Shown piece after piece: positions 13,501 to 25,478 of a DNA stretch of 64,000 bases. Location of the stretch: positions 1,860,001-1,924,000 of the forward strand of contig JBHGNT010000005.1 of NCBI GenBank assembly GCA_043228905.1, given 5' to 3'. A model generated the notes under the pieces. That model was not told the DNA's origin, did not search any database, and worked only from the letters and a program-made list of their open reading frames with translations. The position numbers and the translations under genes are program-made. The stretch is from Azolla caroliniana (taxonomy: Eukaryota > Plantae > Polypodiophyta). How positions within the stretch are numbered: position 1 is the stretch's first letter; every line of letters begins with the position of its first letter.

Positions 13501-14717
13501 TAATGTTGACCTATGAATTGCGATAGATCATAAGCGCAGGTAACTACCATTGCAATAGCAGCATAGTGTTTCATCTATATTAAAGTTGTAACCATCAACA
13601 TAATCATTGCTAACACAAGGCCAATATGCATTTTTGAAGGATTTCAGCCTGTAGTGGACATTGTGCATCAGAAGTTTAGGTTAACATTGTGCTGAAGCAT
13701 GCAGGAGTACCTTAAAGGTTAGTGCTAAATATTAGATTTTGATATGCAATTTCATGTTGTTGTCAACATGCATCTAAATCATGTAAAGCATACTTCATTA
13801 GTTGAAGTGATGAAGTGAACCTGAGAAGACACTCACATCTTTCAATACTTTTAATACTTTTGAAAAGTAAATTTAGGATGTGAACCAAAATGTTAGTTTT
13901 TGAAACTTATCAACCCACTACTGATCTTGTGCTTTTGAGAGTGCTAAATACTCTGGCATGAAGCTAAGTCATTTGAAATATGTTTGTAGTTACTAACTTT
14001 ATTCTTTATTAATTGTCTGTCAGACCCAATATGAAAAATGATCAAATCTTGGTCAATCAACCATTACCAATGCACATATGAGTGGGGTGTCATAACATCA
14101 AGGTAAAGAACATTACATTATGATTTGACATGCAAGAAAACTAAAAGAAAGATATGTTTGAAATTTCGTCTTCATATTGCAAATGAAAGTTGCTATATAT
14201 AAAGTGGCAATTAAAAGAGACAAATATATGTGCTTTTAAAATTCTATGTTGTCTTAGCAGGCAAGATAGTAGATCTTTGCGGCTTTCTCATCAGCACGTT
14301 ACACTACTCTGGATCATACCAAAGGAAGCAATTCTTTGGCAATTCAACTACAATAAGTTACACTATTCAAATGTGAAAAACCCATAGGCATTTGACCAAT
14401 AATTTGTAGTAATGTACAATACTCTGCAAAAATATACCATCACCCAAAGCCAGTGGACAATCTGTTGATATTTTTGGTGTCTATACTATCTATCTCTCAA
14501 GTAAATAACAACTTGTATCTTTAACTGGTTTCCAACTTTTAGACTGTTATGTACCATCAATCAAAGTTATCTGGCTGGTAGTTAACATCATGTAATCCCT
14601 CTGAACTTGATTCTGTTTTTCTAGCTTCAAGGGATACTTAGTGTAACATATCTGTATTTGGGTTTTCTAGGCCAAAGAGACACTGATTCAAGCATCTCCA
14701 TTTGGGTTTTGCTAGAC

Positions 14718-17700
14718 TCAATCTTTAACCATTTCATTCTGCTCTGTTAAAGTATCTGTATTTGGGGCATTTAACAATGGTTCCATGTTCTTTGTTATTG
14801 ACGCAATGTCTCTCGACTCTCTCTTCCTCCTCTTCCGCTTAGGGATGAAAACAAACGTAGATGGAAAATCTGGAAAATCCTCGATAACATCTAATGCAGG
14901 AGGTGGCCCAATTGGCCCAGTTGGACGCTCCTTCCCGGAAGCAGTGTTCTTCCAAATCCCCTTGCCAGATGTAATTTTGTTCTTGTTAAGTAGTGGTGCA
15001 TAGTGATGTTCTCGTTCTTTGATTAGCATCACCGCATGACGTCTATTGTAAACCTCATCATCAGTATCCTGCACATCCCAATTCATCCAATATATGATAC
15101 TCTTGACAATAAGATCCCATAGAGTTGAAGAGAACAAACAAAGAAATGGATTACCTTCTCTACTCCTACAGAATATAAACAAATCACATCTCTATCTACT
15201 TCTAGGCGCATATCATACCTCTGACGATGAGCTTCCATCTGATGTATGCATGGCATGTGTCCGCCACTGGGGAGTTTCAATGAATTCATGCCTTGCAGGC
15301 TCAATATAATTAGCCATTAGATTGTCAGGCATAATCACATTGTTGATATCGAAGTCACTATTTCTCCTCCTAACAGTTGAAGTGCCTCCATGATGAGCTT
15401 TTGATGAAGCCACAGGAGTAGGCTTGGCTACACTTACAGGCAAAGGCAAAGGCAAAGGTTGAAGTTTTGATGCATTTATGTAACCCCTTGTTAGATGATC
15501 CTTCAGCTTGGAAACACGAATTTGCATTGTCTCTATATGCCATAGATATTGTTCCACAGAATCTTCTTCAATTGAAAAATTATCTACAAACTCGTCCTCG
15601 AAGTTAGCACTAAAATCATCAACTGCATCAAAGATACAGAATTTGAAGGATTAGGTTATTGTGTCATAACAATGTTTTCAGTCGTGAAAGAAAGGGATAG
15701 ATACCATATTACAGAGACACATACTTTCCAGTAGTTGCTGGTTTTCATCTTTAATTGCTTCTTCACCAGAAGCATCTTGATTTCGCTGTTTCCGTTTCTC
15801 TGAACAAGGAATCCATCACAGCCATTAGACAAAAACAAGACATAGCCACAAACAAATCAATGGGTCAACCTTTAGAACCTGAATTCTCAAGGACCACAAC
15901 AGAAACATATATTAATTCTCAGCCGATATCACTAAATCATGTCACAGTTGAACTTTACCATATCTAGAAAACACTGGGTGCTTCGACATGTAGGATTTCA
16001 AGTCAATAACCTCTTCAGCTTTTCTGCGCCGCTTGCGTTGCAAAATGCGGTTTTTATGTGTGTACCCAATGATTGTACTTGTCCTCGCAGCTGAGCCATC
16101 CTGCTGTTGATCAAGGTACTGCCCTTTTTGTTTCTTGGAAAGTGCAAGTATCCTATCATATTTGCTTGATTCTGCCTGTAGCTCTTTAACACGCAAAGCA
16201 AGCCATCGACACCTCCATTCAATACCTTGCCGATATGCTTTCCATTCAGCATTCAATGCTCTCTTCTTCCTGTGGATAGAAAACATGTAAATACAAACGG
16301 TAAATTTCCTATTGAGTTTGACCAAAATCATTCAGGGGTGCAATGGATAACGCGGAGAGATATATCAGACACAACTACAACTTAACCCTTTCCCTAAAAA
16401 AAATCATCTTTAATGGTAATGTGTAAACTATGGATATCTTGTAACTACAGTTGCAAAATTGGATGTCTGTCCAAATGTTCAGAAATCAGAAAACAATACC
16501 TTTTTATTGTTGGAACATCTTCTGCTGAAGGCATGGCCCCATTACCTTCTCGAAGCTCAGATTCAACCTCACAACTCTGACCCTCATCCTCACTTTGACT
16601 ATAACCAAAAGAACTGGAACATTCTGTTGTTGCTTGGTCTTCATTATTCAGCCTTATATCCTCTACAGGTAAAAGTTCAACTATCTCCACAGTTAAATCT
16701 TCTTCCAAGCATGAGGCATCAGCAGAAAGAATCTTAACTTTGTCTTGAATCATGTTTTTATCCTCTGCAAGAAAGTTCGAATTCACAGGATGTTGAGTCT
16801 GCAAATAAAAAGCTCCATTCTACCACCATGTTTTCAAACATGTTCAGTCTAGAAGTTGCAATGCAGATGAAACCAATCATGTGTTTTGTAATTTGCAATA
16901 TTATAACAGTTTTTAATATTTATTTTCATTTACCATGTGTACAGAAATTAATACGCATTTACATATGAATCACATAAAGAAATTTGAGCCCAACGTCCTG
17001 AGGCCCTAGTCCCAAAATGAAGGTGTATAACAAGGATATTCAGTTTGGGCCAATTGAATGGGCCACCTGAAATAAGGGCTGATGTGGAGGTATAGAGCAA
17101 GGACTCATGAGAGATGCTGTGAGACCCCAGGTCAAGTTTGGAAATGCCCATCATAAAACCAGAACCCCAAGGCATACAATGGGCCTCAAACCTAGTAGCA
17201 CTAAGGTTCCAAGGGTAAGAAGCATTCCCAGACAGCTTAAAGATTATCCAGACCCAATACAAATTTGGAGCACCAGAACCTTATGAAATGGCTTTCATTA
17301 CATGGGTTGACATACCTGAGGAAGGGGAGTTGGAGGTTGTATCCTCAGGTCTAATTGTGGAAACACTCTGCAGCCTAGATATGGACCCACAAATGTTTAA
17401 GGTAGGTTTTGAGTTCAAAAGAGCTGAACAGTAAAAAATAAGATATGGGCAAAGTCCAGCTGGAAGGAGCAGTAAGAAAATGGGTCCCACCTTCAAGAGC
17501 TGTGAAAAGAATTACTAAAAAACATGTGTAAAAATGCCATAAAAATGTAAAAGAGTTAATAGAGGTGACATAAATGAAACAAAGCCAATGGAGATAATGG
17601 TGATGAAAAGACCAAACACCCCTTTTCACAAAACCCCTAACTTGAAGAAATGATAGCATTTGAAGTTTAGTAATAAAGTTAGAAGTTGATTAAGCTAACA

Positions 17701-19365
17701 ATAAGAATCTTAATCTGATCTATGCACTGTACCATGCTATTACCTAAGGTGGATTGACAAGGATTACAATAACTATACATTAATGATGGGGGATTAGTAT
17801 TAGGACTAAACAAACAAAATGTTAGAGACCTGTACTCAATAATAGAAAAATGGCATTGAAGATTCAGTGCCTGATAGGCCAGAAGTCATGAGAGTGAGGA
17901 CATCTCTACGTGGGATAATTCCAACAATATCTACATTTTCTTCACGGTTCACTGGATATCTAAGGGTTCATGCCGTCAACAAGTGGGGGATGTTTCTTGT
18001 TCATTTATATTGTTCTTCTCTTATGTAATCTCTTCCTGGGTCACATAGCCCATTCTGGTCTCACTTAGAGACAATAATATAACACATGATCAGAGATATC
18101 ATACCATCCAAGACTTTTCCCAAAAAAGAATCAACAAGTTGCACTTCATCAAACACATCTTCTAGAACCTGATCTACATCCACATTACACTCTACATGCA
18201 TACGAGAATTCTATATCCCTTGGGTTCTCAACCAACCCATCGTCCCCTCTGAGGAGAGAATTTGTTTTAATTTGTTGAAAACCTCTTGATGGATCATATG
18301 GCTTTCTTTTCTTCATAGAAAATTGTTTGTTTCATCAATCAACAGAACAACTTCTGCTGCAATAACACTACTAATCGTGACCTTATTATTACTGCACTCC
18401 TCCAATCATTAATCCCCTTCACTATCACCTTTATAGCCTAGCCCAATAAGCAGGCATAATGCTGCCTAGAGATTGTGATAGCTTAAGCTGTAGGAGATGA
18501 GGGATCTTGAAAACAGAGAGAAGGCACCAAACACACTAGAGAGAAGATTAACAGGTTGTGGACTTACATAAGATAAATTAACTCTCAAAATTATTGAGCT
18601 TCCAACCGTGATACAGTAACACAGTAATTGCACTGCATTAACCTAATGCACTCCTCCAAACACAACTAAATGAAAGATTAATGCATGGCTCACAAAAGCA
18701 GACACCCTTTTGTCAAAAAGATATGTAAAATGTACTGATTATGTTCATGTTCGTTACAGACAGTCAGGTGGACAATAAGAAAAAGTGGGATGTATGATTG
18801 TTTCACACAAAATGAAATTCCACGAGGTGTCAGTTTACTGTGTTTGCACATGTGCATAGAAACATTTGGGTCCAGCATTTTACCAACTTATCAAAAAACC
18901 TCCTCCCACTGCACATCTTATCATCCCAGTCTATATGAAAAACTTTTAGCATAGGCTGCCATGCATATGTAACTTATATTTCACAGGTAGGGATGAAGCG
19001 CACAGCCCCTGGGGGATAACACTACCATGCTCTCCCACTTCTGGTTAGTCCTGCCCAATCAAGTTTCCACACATACACAATGTGCAGTCCATGTATGTGA
19101 AACGACTTCAAATTTAAAAGAGCTAGCTATACCTCCATTTAATCAAAATATAATGCCAAGTATCATTAAATTTTCAAAATAAACTAGCATATTTTCCAAA
19201 CTGGTGTTTTCTATGGTATAAAATAACATTGTTGAATCTGTAGCAGATATTTTCATAATGAACTTTCAGATATTTGAAACCAAGCTTACTTTCTGATGTG
19301 GTAGCTGCCTCCTCTTTTGAGAGAGTGGACTCATTCATTAAACTGTCACTCCCCATTTGCAACAT
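14718..19365 (-). CDS. Uncharacterised nuclear protein with KANSL1/NSL1-like coiled-coil and C-terminal PEHE-like motif. Coding exons: 19365-19290, 17374-17316, 16798-16500, 16269-15959, 15799-15725, 15622-15219, 15068-14718 (~524 aa). Probable 5'UTR exon ~22340-21838
   Basis: All GT-AG junctions are phase-consistent (1575 nt total). Motifs IEWRCRWLALRVKELQ, SAART, FDINNVIMP, EFIETPQWR, EDTDDEVYNRRH, plus basic NLS-like runs. The first two coding exons are less certain. Confidence 0.8.
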
Positions 19366-22150
19366 CACTACACACTATATCCCGAAGTGCCAATGTGCCC
19401 TTGCATTTGTTCTTGAGATGGAAGATCAATGCAATTTGATAGAAATAACCTGAAATTGTAGAGCTGAACATGGTTTACATTTGACTTATATTTTGGAGCT
19501 GAAATGCAGCCAACTTCACAGATGATACAGGCAGTATAAGAATATTTCTAATATCAATTTTATCATGCAAGAAGTCAATGTGCTTCACCTGCTGTTTGAA
19601 TAATCGAAAAAACCTCAAATTTTAGCTACTTACAAAAACAAAACCTATAACCACTTTAATATGTGAATAAAACCTAGTAATTTAAAAGTGAATCAGTCAA
19701 AGTTGCTTGTTTCAAGCTTTTCGAATTTTGATTTGATACTTGTGCTCAAAAAAATGCTCAGTTGTAAACAAATATTTAAATCTCTCATTTCATCAGAACA
19801 GATTCATATGGTAGGTTTCTGGGTTTCAAATGTGGAGACATGTGGTGTAACATTAAATCAAAAGAAAAAAGCTTCCTTGTGTCCTTGGATCCAGAAATCG
19901 TCATCCAAAAGTTTCATACTCCAGTTCATGTTCATTTTCTAATAGGATGTTGATTTGTTTATTGAAAGCAGACAGTCTAATACAGTACCTAGTCCACATT
20001 GACATGGTCACTGATTCTTATTGAAATTATAACCACAAGCATGTAACAAGTTCGTTTCAAAACTGAATGAATCTTTGTCAGGTTATCAATAAAACCTTAA
20101 AGACACTCATTAGAGGATGCTTCATCATGAATATTTCAACTGCTCGCATTCCTACATATGATGTTACAAATGGAACAATTGTCATATGGAGCAGGGATCT
20201 CAGATGAGCACAGGGGAAATACAGGACAGGCCAGATGTGGGGATGGCACAAGATAGAGAAGAAAATCAGTTATACTGATTTCCATAGGAGGCTGAAAGAG
20301 ACCTATGGGAGACAAATGGAGTACAATGTTCATATACATTGGATTTCAAATCGTACCATCGATGCATGCTTCAGAAATTGTACACAACTTGTCACAAAAA
20401 CCTATCTGTCCTGTGCTTTAAACAAAGAACTAGCACCAATTACAATATTGGACAATAACTTGAGTCTTTTGGAAGCCATGCTTATGTTCTATCTAAAGAA
20501 AAGACTCTTATTTCCAGATAAGGTCTTCTGGTCTTTTCACTGCAGCCAACCAAATCTGAAGTTTTTGAATCGGATTTTAGTAACTTTTGATCACTTGAGA
20601 AATACTTTGTTGCTTGAGAAATACCTTCAGTTAGCATAAAAAATCGTGGGTTTCATGCTAAGCCTTTACATCTCCTCAGTCTCTCTCTCTCTCTCTCTCT
20701 CTCTATTTCTACATAATATCCTCACTATGCATAAATCAAGTAGGACATTTACTTAGGAAGAGTGATAAACCAATCCTCTGAAATAAATGCATTCAACAAT
20801 GTGTTCACTCATAGTTGAGAATCTTGGCTTTCTTGAAAAACCTAGAAGGATGGATTTAATATTTAAGACATAGACTAATGAATGAAGCAATCATTAAATG
20901 GAAGAGGTATGCAAGAAAAACATTTTCCCACCAGTTTTTGTTGTTTCTACTTTCAACACCTCTTCAACCAAACCCAATCCTTGCACGAATTTCACTCAGT
21001 CACAGCATGCACTTTCAATTGTACATTCATCATGAAAGTTCTTGAACATTGAGAGTCACTACTCACTCTCACATGTATCACATAGAAAATGTTATGCTTT
21101 TGGTCTCAAATGTCATATTTGACCTCCGAAGACGATAACAAAGTCTATCTATATATCTCTGTTGCTAAAAGAAACTTCAAAAATAACACAGACAAGCTAG
21201 CATACCATCAAAAATACAAGATTACAATGTCTATTATCGTTAAACTAATGCTTCTTTTGGTAAATTAATAAGGCCTATATGCTCAGCTGAACAAGAACAT
21301 ATAGTGTGTATCATGGGAACAGGAAATCTCCAGTGCAACTACAGCTACTTACAAGAACAACCAGCAGAAATTTTTTGATGGATCATGAGATCACAACATG
21401 TGCATTAAAGCTATATGTTGCAAATGAAAAGGTGTTGACGTAACAAAGCAGGAACAAAATGCTTCAAGAGATCCATGGAAGGAAAAGCGCTAGTGCCATA
21501 ATGCTGATGAAAACATGTAATCTATAACAAAACATTAGCAGAATGTTTAACGAGACCAAGAAGCAGAAAATTATGAGAACATGTAACCTCCATGGCTTAA
21601 ACATGAGTACCTATGCGAGATTAATCAAAGGAAAAGCTTAAGTGTGTGCGGAAGGGGAGGAGAGTACATTACATCTAATTATTTTGTATCGCGGTCCATT
21701 GAATATAGGAATTATCCACCAAATTTGCCTCTACGATGCTAAAAGAATCTTGTAGGAAGGGGAGAAGAAAAATGAGACAGATTCTGCTTCTTCGAGGTCC
21801 ACGGATCTTATGGAACTTATTCCTTTGTCTGTGTTACCTTAGAATCCGAGTTGAACTCGAATAAGACGATGTGGAGGAGCAAGTAAAATTTTGGAAGCTC
21901 ACCAAAGGCAGGCAGGCAGGCAGGCTGTCAGTGCTCCCTCCTTTTTTTCAGCTTTCTCCCTTCTGTCTTCCTTCTTTTCTTTTCTTTTTGGCTTTCCCCG
22001 TTCTCTTCTTCCCGCCTCCCCACTACCTTCTGTCTTTCTTTCGTCCTTCCTTCTTTTCCCTCATGCCTTCTCTTCCTCTGATTTCTTCCTTCTTCCCAAC
22101 TCTTCGCCTTCTTCTTTACGTTTTCTTCGTTCCACCTGTTCCGTCGTCTT

Positions 22151-22250
22151 CTGCTTCTGCTTCTCCTTCTCCTTCTCCTTCTCCTTCTCCTTCTGCTTCT
22201 GCTTCTGCTTCTACCTCTGCTTCTGCAGCTGCGAATTCTGCTTCTGCTTC
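22151..22250. repeat. (CTTCTG)n/(CTTCTC)n hexamer microsatellites in the putative 5'UTR of the KANSL1-like gene
   Basis: Directly visible simple repeats. Confidence 0.85.
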
Positions 22251-23673
22251 TGTTTTATTCTTTCTTTTCCTTCTTCTGCGTGATATTCTGTTCTGACAGA
22301 CGATCTCTCTGTCTCTCTCTACAGAAATCTGACGCGCGCGCGCGCTCTGTGTGTTCCTGCCTGCAGACACACACACACACACAGACAGAAGACTAGAGAG
22401 AGAGTCTTCTTGGAGGCCAAGCAAATGGAGAATGGCAAAAGCTTCGAGAGCGCTTTCACACACACACTCTCTTTCTTTTGTGCTGTTCATACATACATAC
22501 ATATATACGTATACGTATCTATACATATATACGTATACGTATCTATACATATGTATGTATACGCTTGGATTGATGAGAAGAGGAGGAGAAGCCTTTTCCA
22601 CTACTCGAATTCCCGTCAAACCTCTCTTTCTCATCTTTCTCGTTTGTGGTGGGCATGTAGACCTTTGTACGAGTTTGTTTCTATCCCATCGATTTTTATA
22701 TCTCACCCGTTACGTATGTGCCTCCTCTTGCTCCTCCTCTGCATGCTAGAAGATTTCTACCTCTCTCTCGTCCTGCTACAACTGTTTGATCCGCATCCAT
22801 GCCGATATAGATAAGGGGTCTTCTGAAAGAACTTGGGGTCATTTACCTTAGCTCACGACCATCTTCGCCATCCACACGCATGTATCACCACGTTGCCCAT
22901 GTCTCGCTTGGGCCCAACATAGAGTACAAGTGAGAGGTAAACGAGCTTTTACTGGAAAGGGCTTCATCCAAATTGAAGAGAGTTATTGAAACCAAGGATT
23001 TGAAAATGTTGTAGACCACCCGTGAGGGAGAAGAATGAGGCGCCCTCTTCACACCCAACTAAGCATTGTCATTAGGAAACATTGAAAGTTGAGTTGAGGC
23101 TCCTCGAGCATGATGTTGCAATCGAGAAGAGGCGCCTTGTGTGGGGTTTGTTTGGTTGCATTCATTCTCTTTATAGTAATAATGTCCAACACGAGTTTTG
23201 AATTGTATTATCCTCTACTTGCATGTGTAGGCTTAAATTGTAACATTGTTCCAAGTGACTCAACCCGCGTTCTCTTTTATGCAAGATGAAGTGTTGGGGC
23301 ACAAGCGATCATAAGGTCATCAACCATGCATACTTTGCTCTAGAATATCACACATTGACACAATGCATTGACTTCAACTACGTTCATGTTTTCTTTCCTC
23401 ACATTGTCAATTAAACCTACAACTGACGTACACTCCCCTCAATATGACAATGTGAACTCTCGATCATAATCTTCATTGGCAAAATTTTTGAATTATCAAC
23501 GATCGCGACTTAATTCTACACATACTATGTGAAAAATGTTTGTCTTTTGGTTTCATAGGCCACGTCACACACACACAACACATTTCACATTGTTTGCTAC
23601 AAATAACACCACTCAAATAACAAAAAGTAACCAGAAAGATAAGTGGTTGTCTTCATTTAAGAGTACTTGGAAA

Positions 23674-23934
23674 TAGGAATCGACAACGGTTCGGTTTAGG
23701 CTAAACCAATTTGGGGGTTTCCAAACCTGAACCAAACCGGTTTCTAAACCAGTTTAGGCTAACCGGTTTGGCCACCTAAACCGACTTAGGAACCGGTTTA
23801 GCCAAGTCGATTAAGCCTTAACTGGTTTGAGCAAATCCCAAACCAGTTAAGGAAACTCAAATCTAAACCGAACCGAACCACCAAACGGTTTGGTGGTTCG
23901 GTTTAGGCTTGAGTCAAGCCGTTGCCGATTCCTA
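23674..23934. mobile_element. Non-autonomous hAT-type MITE, 261 bp, 8-bp TSD CTTGGAAA
   Basis: TIRs TAGGAATCGACAACGG ... CCGTTGCCGATTCCTA (1 mismatch). Identical flanks CTTGGAAA at 23666-23673 and 23935-23942. Interior is full of AACCG/CGGTT subterminal motifs. Confidence 0.93.
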
Positions 23935-24661
23935 CTTGGAAACGTGGCACAATGCTTAACTTTGTAGATATTCATGCTTCCTCTTATAATATATATACAA
24001 ATACAAACACTTCATTTCATTGCTTATATCATGTTCCATTATGCAAATTAGACGCAATATATTCCTCGTTGCTTTGTGTGCCTAAATATGGCATATTTTG
24101 TATACTTGAAATTGTTGTGTACTCTTATGAAACAATATCTTACTCTTTTTTTATGCATGTGAAATGCTATCGAGATTCACATTCCTAAATACCATAAAAT
24201 TAATGGGAAATATTGAAAGTACCGTAGTAAATTGAAAAATAATAATTATAGCACTAGTCAAAAGGTAAGTAGCTAATGCGGATGACCAATAATGTCACCA
24301 TGATTATTTTCTGTCTCATTCCTCGTAACAAAATAAAATAATATATATTAAAAGAACACGACAATACAAAAACCCATTGGTTGTCCATAGTGCTATGGGG
24401 AGGATGTTACATGCAAGGTAAAACCCATTGAGGTGCTAGTAGACCAAGAGACATCGAGGCAATTCCTACGAGGACAAGGTGCTTGCAACCCTTTATTTGA
24501 AAACAAACTATCAAGTCAAATAAATTTTCCTTTCAACGTTATTTTTCATTTCATGGTACTCAATGGAGACCATCAAACAATAACCCCATGTCTCATACTC
24601 CACTTAGCTAGATGCACCACATACCCCCAATGAAACAAACAACCCTTTGATGGGGAAGAGA

Positions 24662-24686
24662 GGGGGGGGGGGGGGGGGGGGGGGGG
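24662..24686 (+). repeat. Poly-G tract (25 G)
   Basis: Directly visible. Confidence 0.9.
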
Positions 24687-24980
24687 CGGTAAAGCTTTGG
24701 CTCCGTGAACATAAACCCGATCCAATTGCAGATAAGTATACACATTCAAATTGATTATGTCACTTTACATTACAACGATCATGTAGCACCATTGTGGGAT
24801 AGCTTAGCTACCCATAATCGAAGAACTGTGGAGCATGCATAGAACTATCGAGAACTTACACAAGTGTGTGTATACATATATATGTAGGGGAGATCTCTAC
24901 GTCTCATTGTGGTCGATGAATATGGCCGGGAATATCCGATGGATGCTCCAAGATTAATCAAGTAAATCATAAATCCCAAA

Positions 24981-25097
24981 TAAACCCTAACCCCGAAAAC
25001 CCTCTTCTTCCCCTTTCCTTTCCTTCAAACATCCATCGCCCAATGAGATATGGTTGTGGCGGGAAAGCTATGGCTTCCCCTGTTTTTGGCGCCAAAA
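24981..25097 (+). promoter_or_regulatory. dCMP deaminase promoter: telo-box and E2F sites
   Basis: TAAACCCTAA at 24981, GGCGGGAAA (reverse complement TTTCCCGCC) at 25058-25066, palindromic TTTTGGCGCCAAAA at 25084-25097. Confidence 0.7.
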
Positions 25098-25391
25098 CAG
25101 AGACAAAGTGACCCAGGTAAAACCCATGCAGAGAACAGAACGAAGAACCACCAGGAATCCATGGCGGCACAGTAGGAGGACTCCGACGGATATCGAAGAA
25201 GAAGAAGAAGACGGGAGAAGAAAAGGTCGTGAAGGAAGCCTGGAGCTTGCAATGGTGCCCTTGCTTCAGTTTGCCTCGCTCCTTGTTGTCTTCTTTGTGG
25301 GATCTCCATCTCCTCTGTTTTCTTCCTATTCATCTCTAACAGCTTAAGCAGGTGTCTGAGAAGGGAAGCAGAAGCAGAAGCAGAAGCAGCA

Positions 25392-25463
25392 GAAGAAGAA
25401 GAAGAAGAAGAAGAAGAAGAAGAAGAAGAAGAAGAAGAAGAAGAAGAAGAAGAAGAAGAAGAA
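25392..25463 (+). repeat. (GAA)24 microsatellite just upstream of the dCMP deaminase ATG
   Basis: Directly visible. Confidence 0.95.
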
Positions 25464-25478
25464 GACCCAGGGGTTGTA

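Noticed and set aside
21871-22814. Several 130-196 aa ORFs on both strands
   Set aside because: They arise from CT/GA-rich microsatellites in a UTR/promoter region. Low complexity, no domain.
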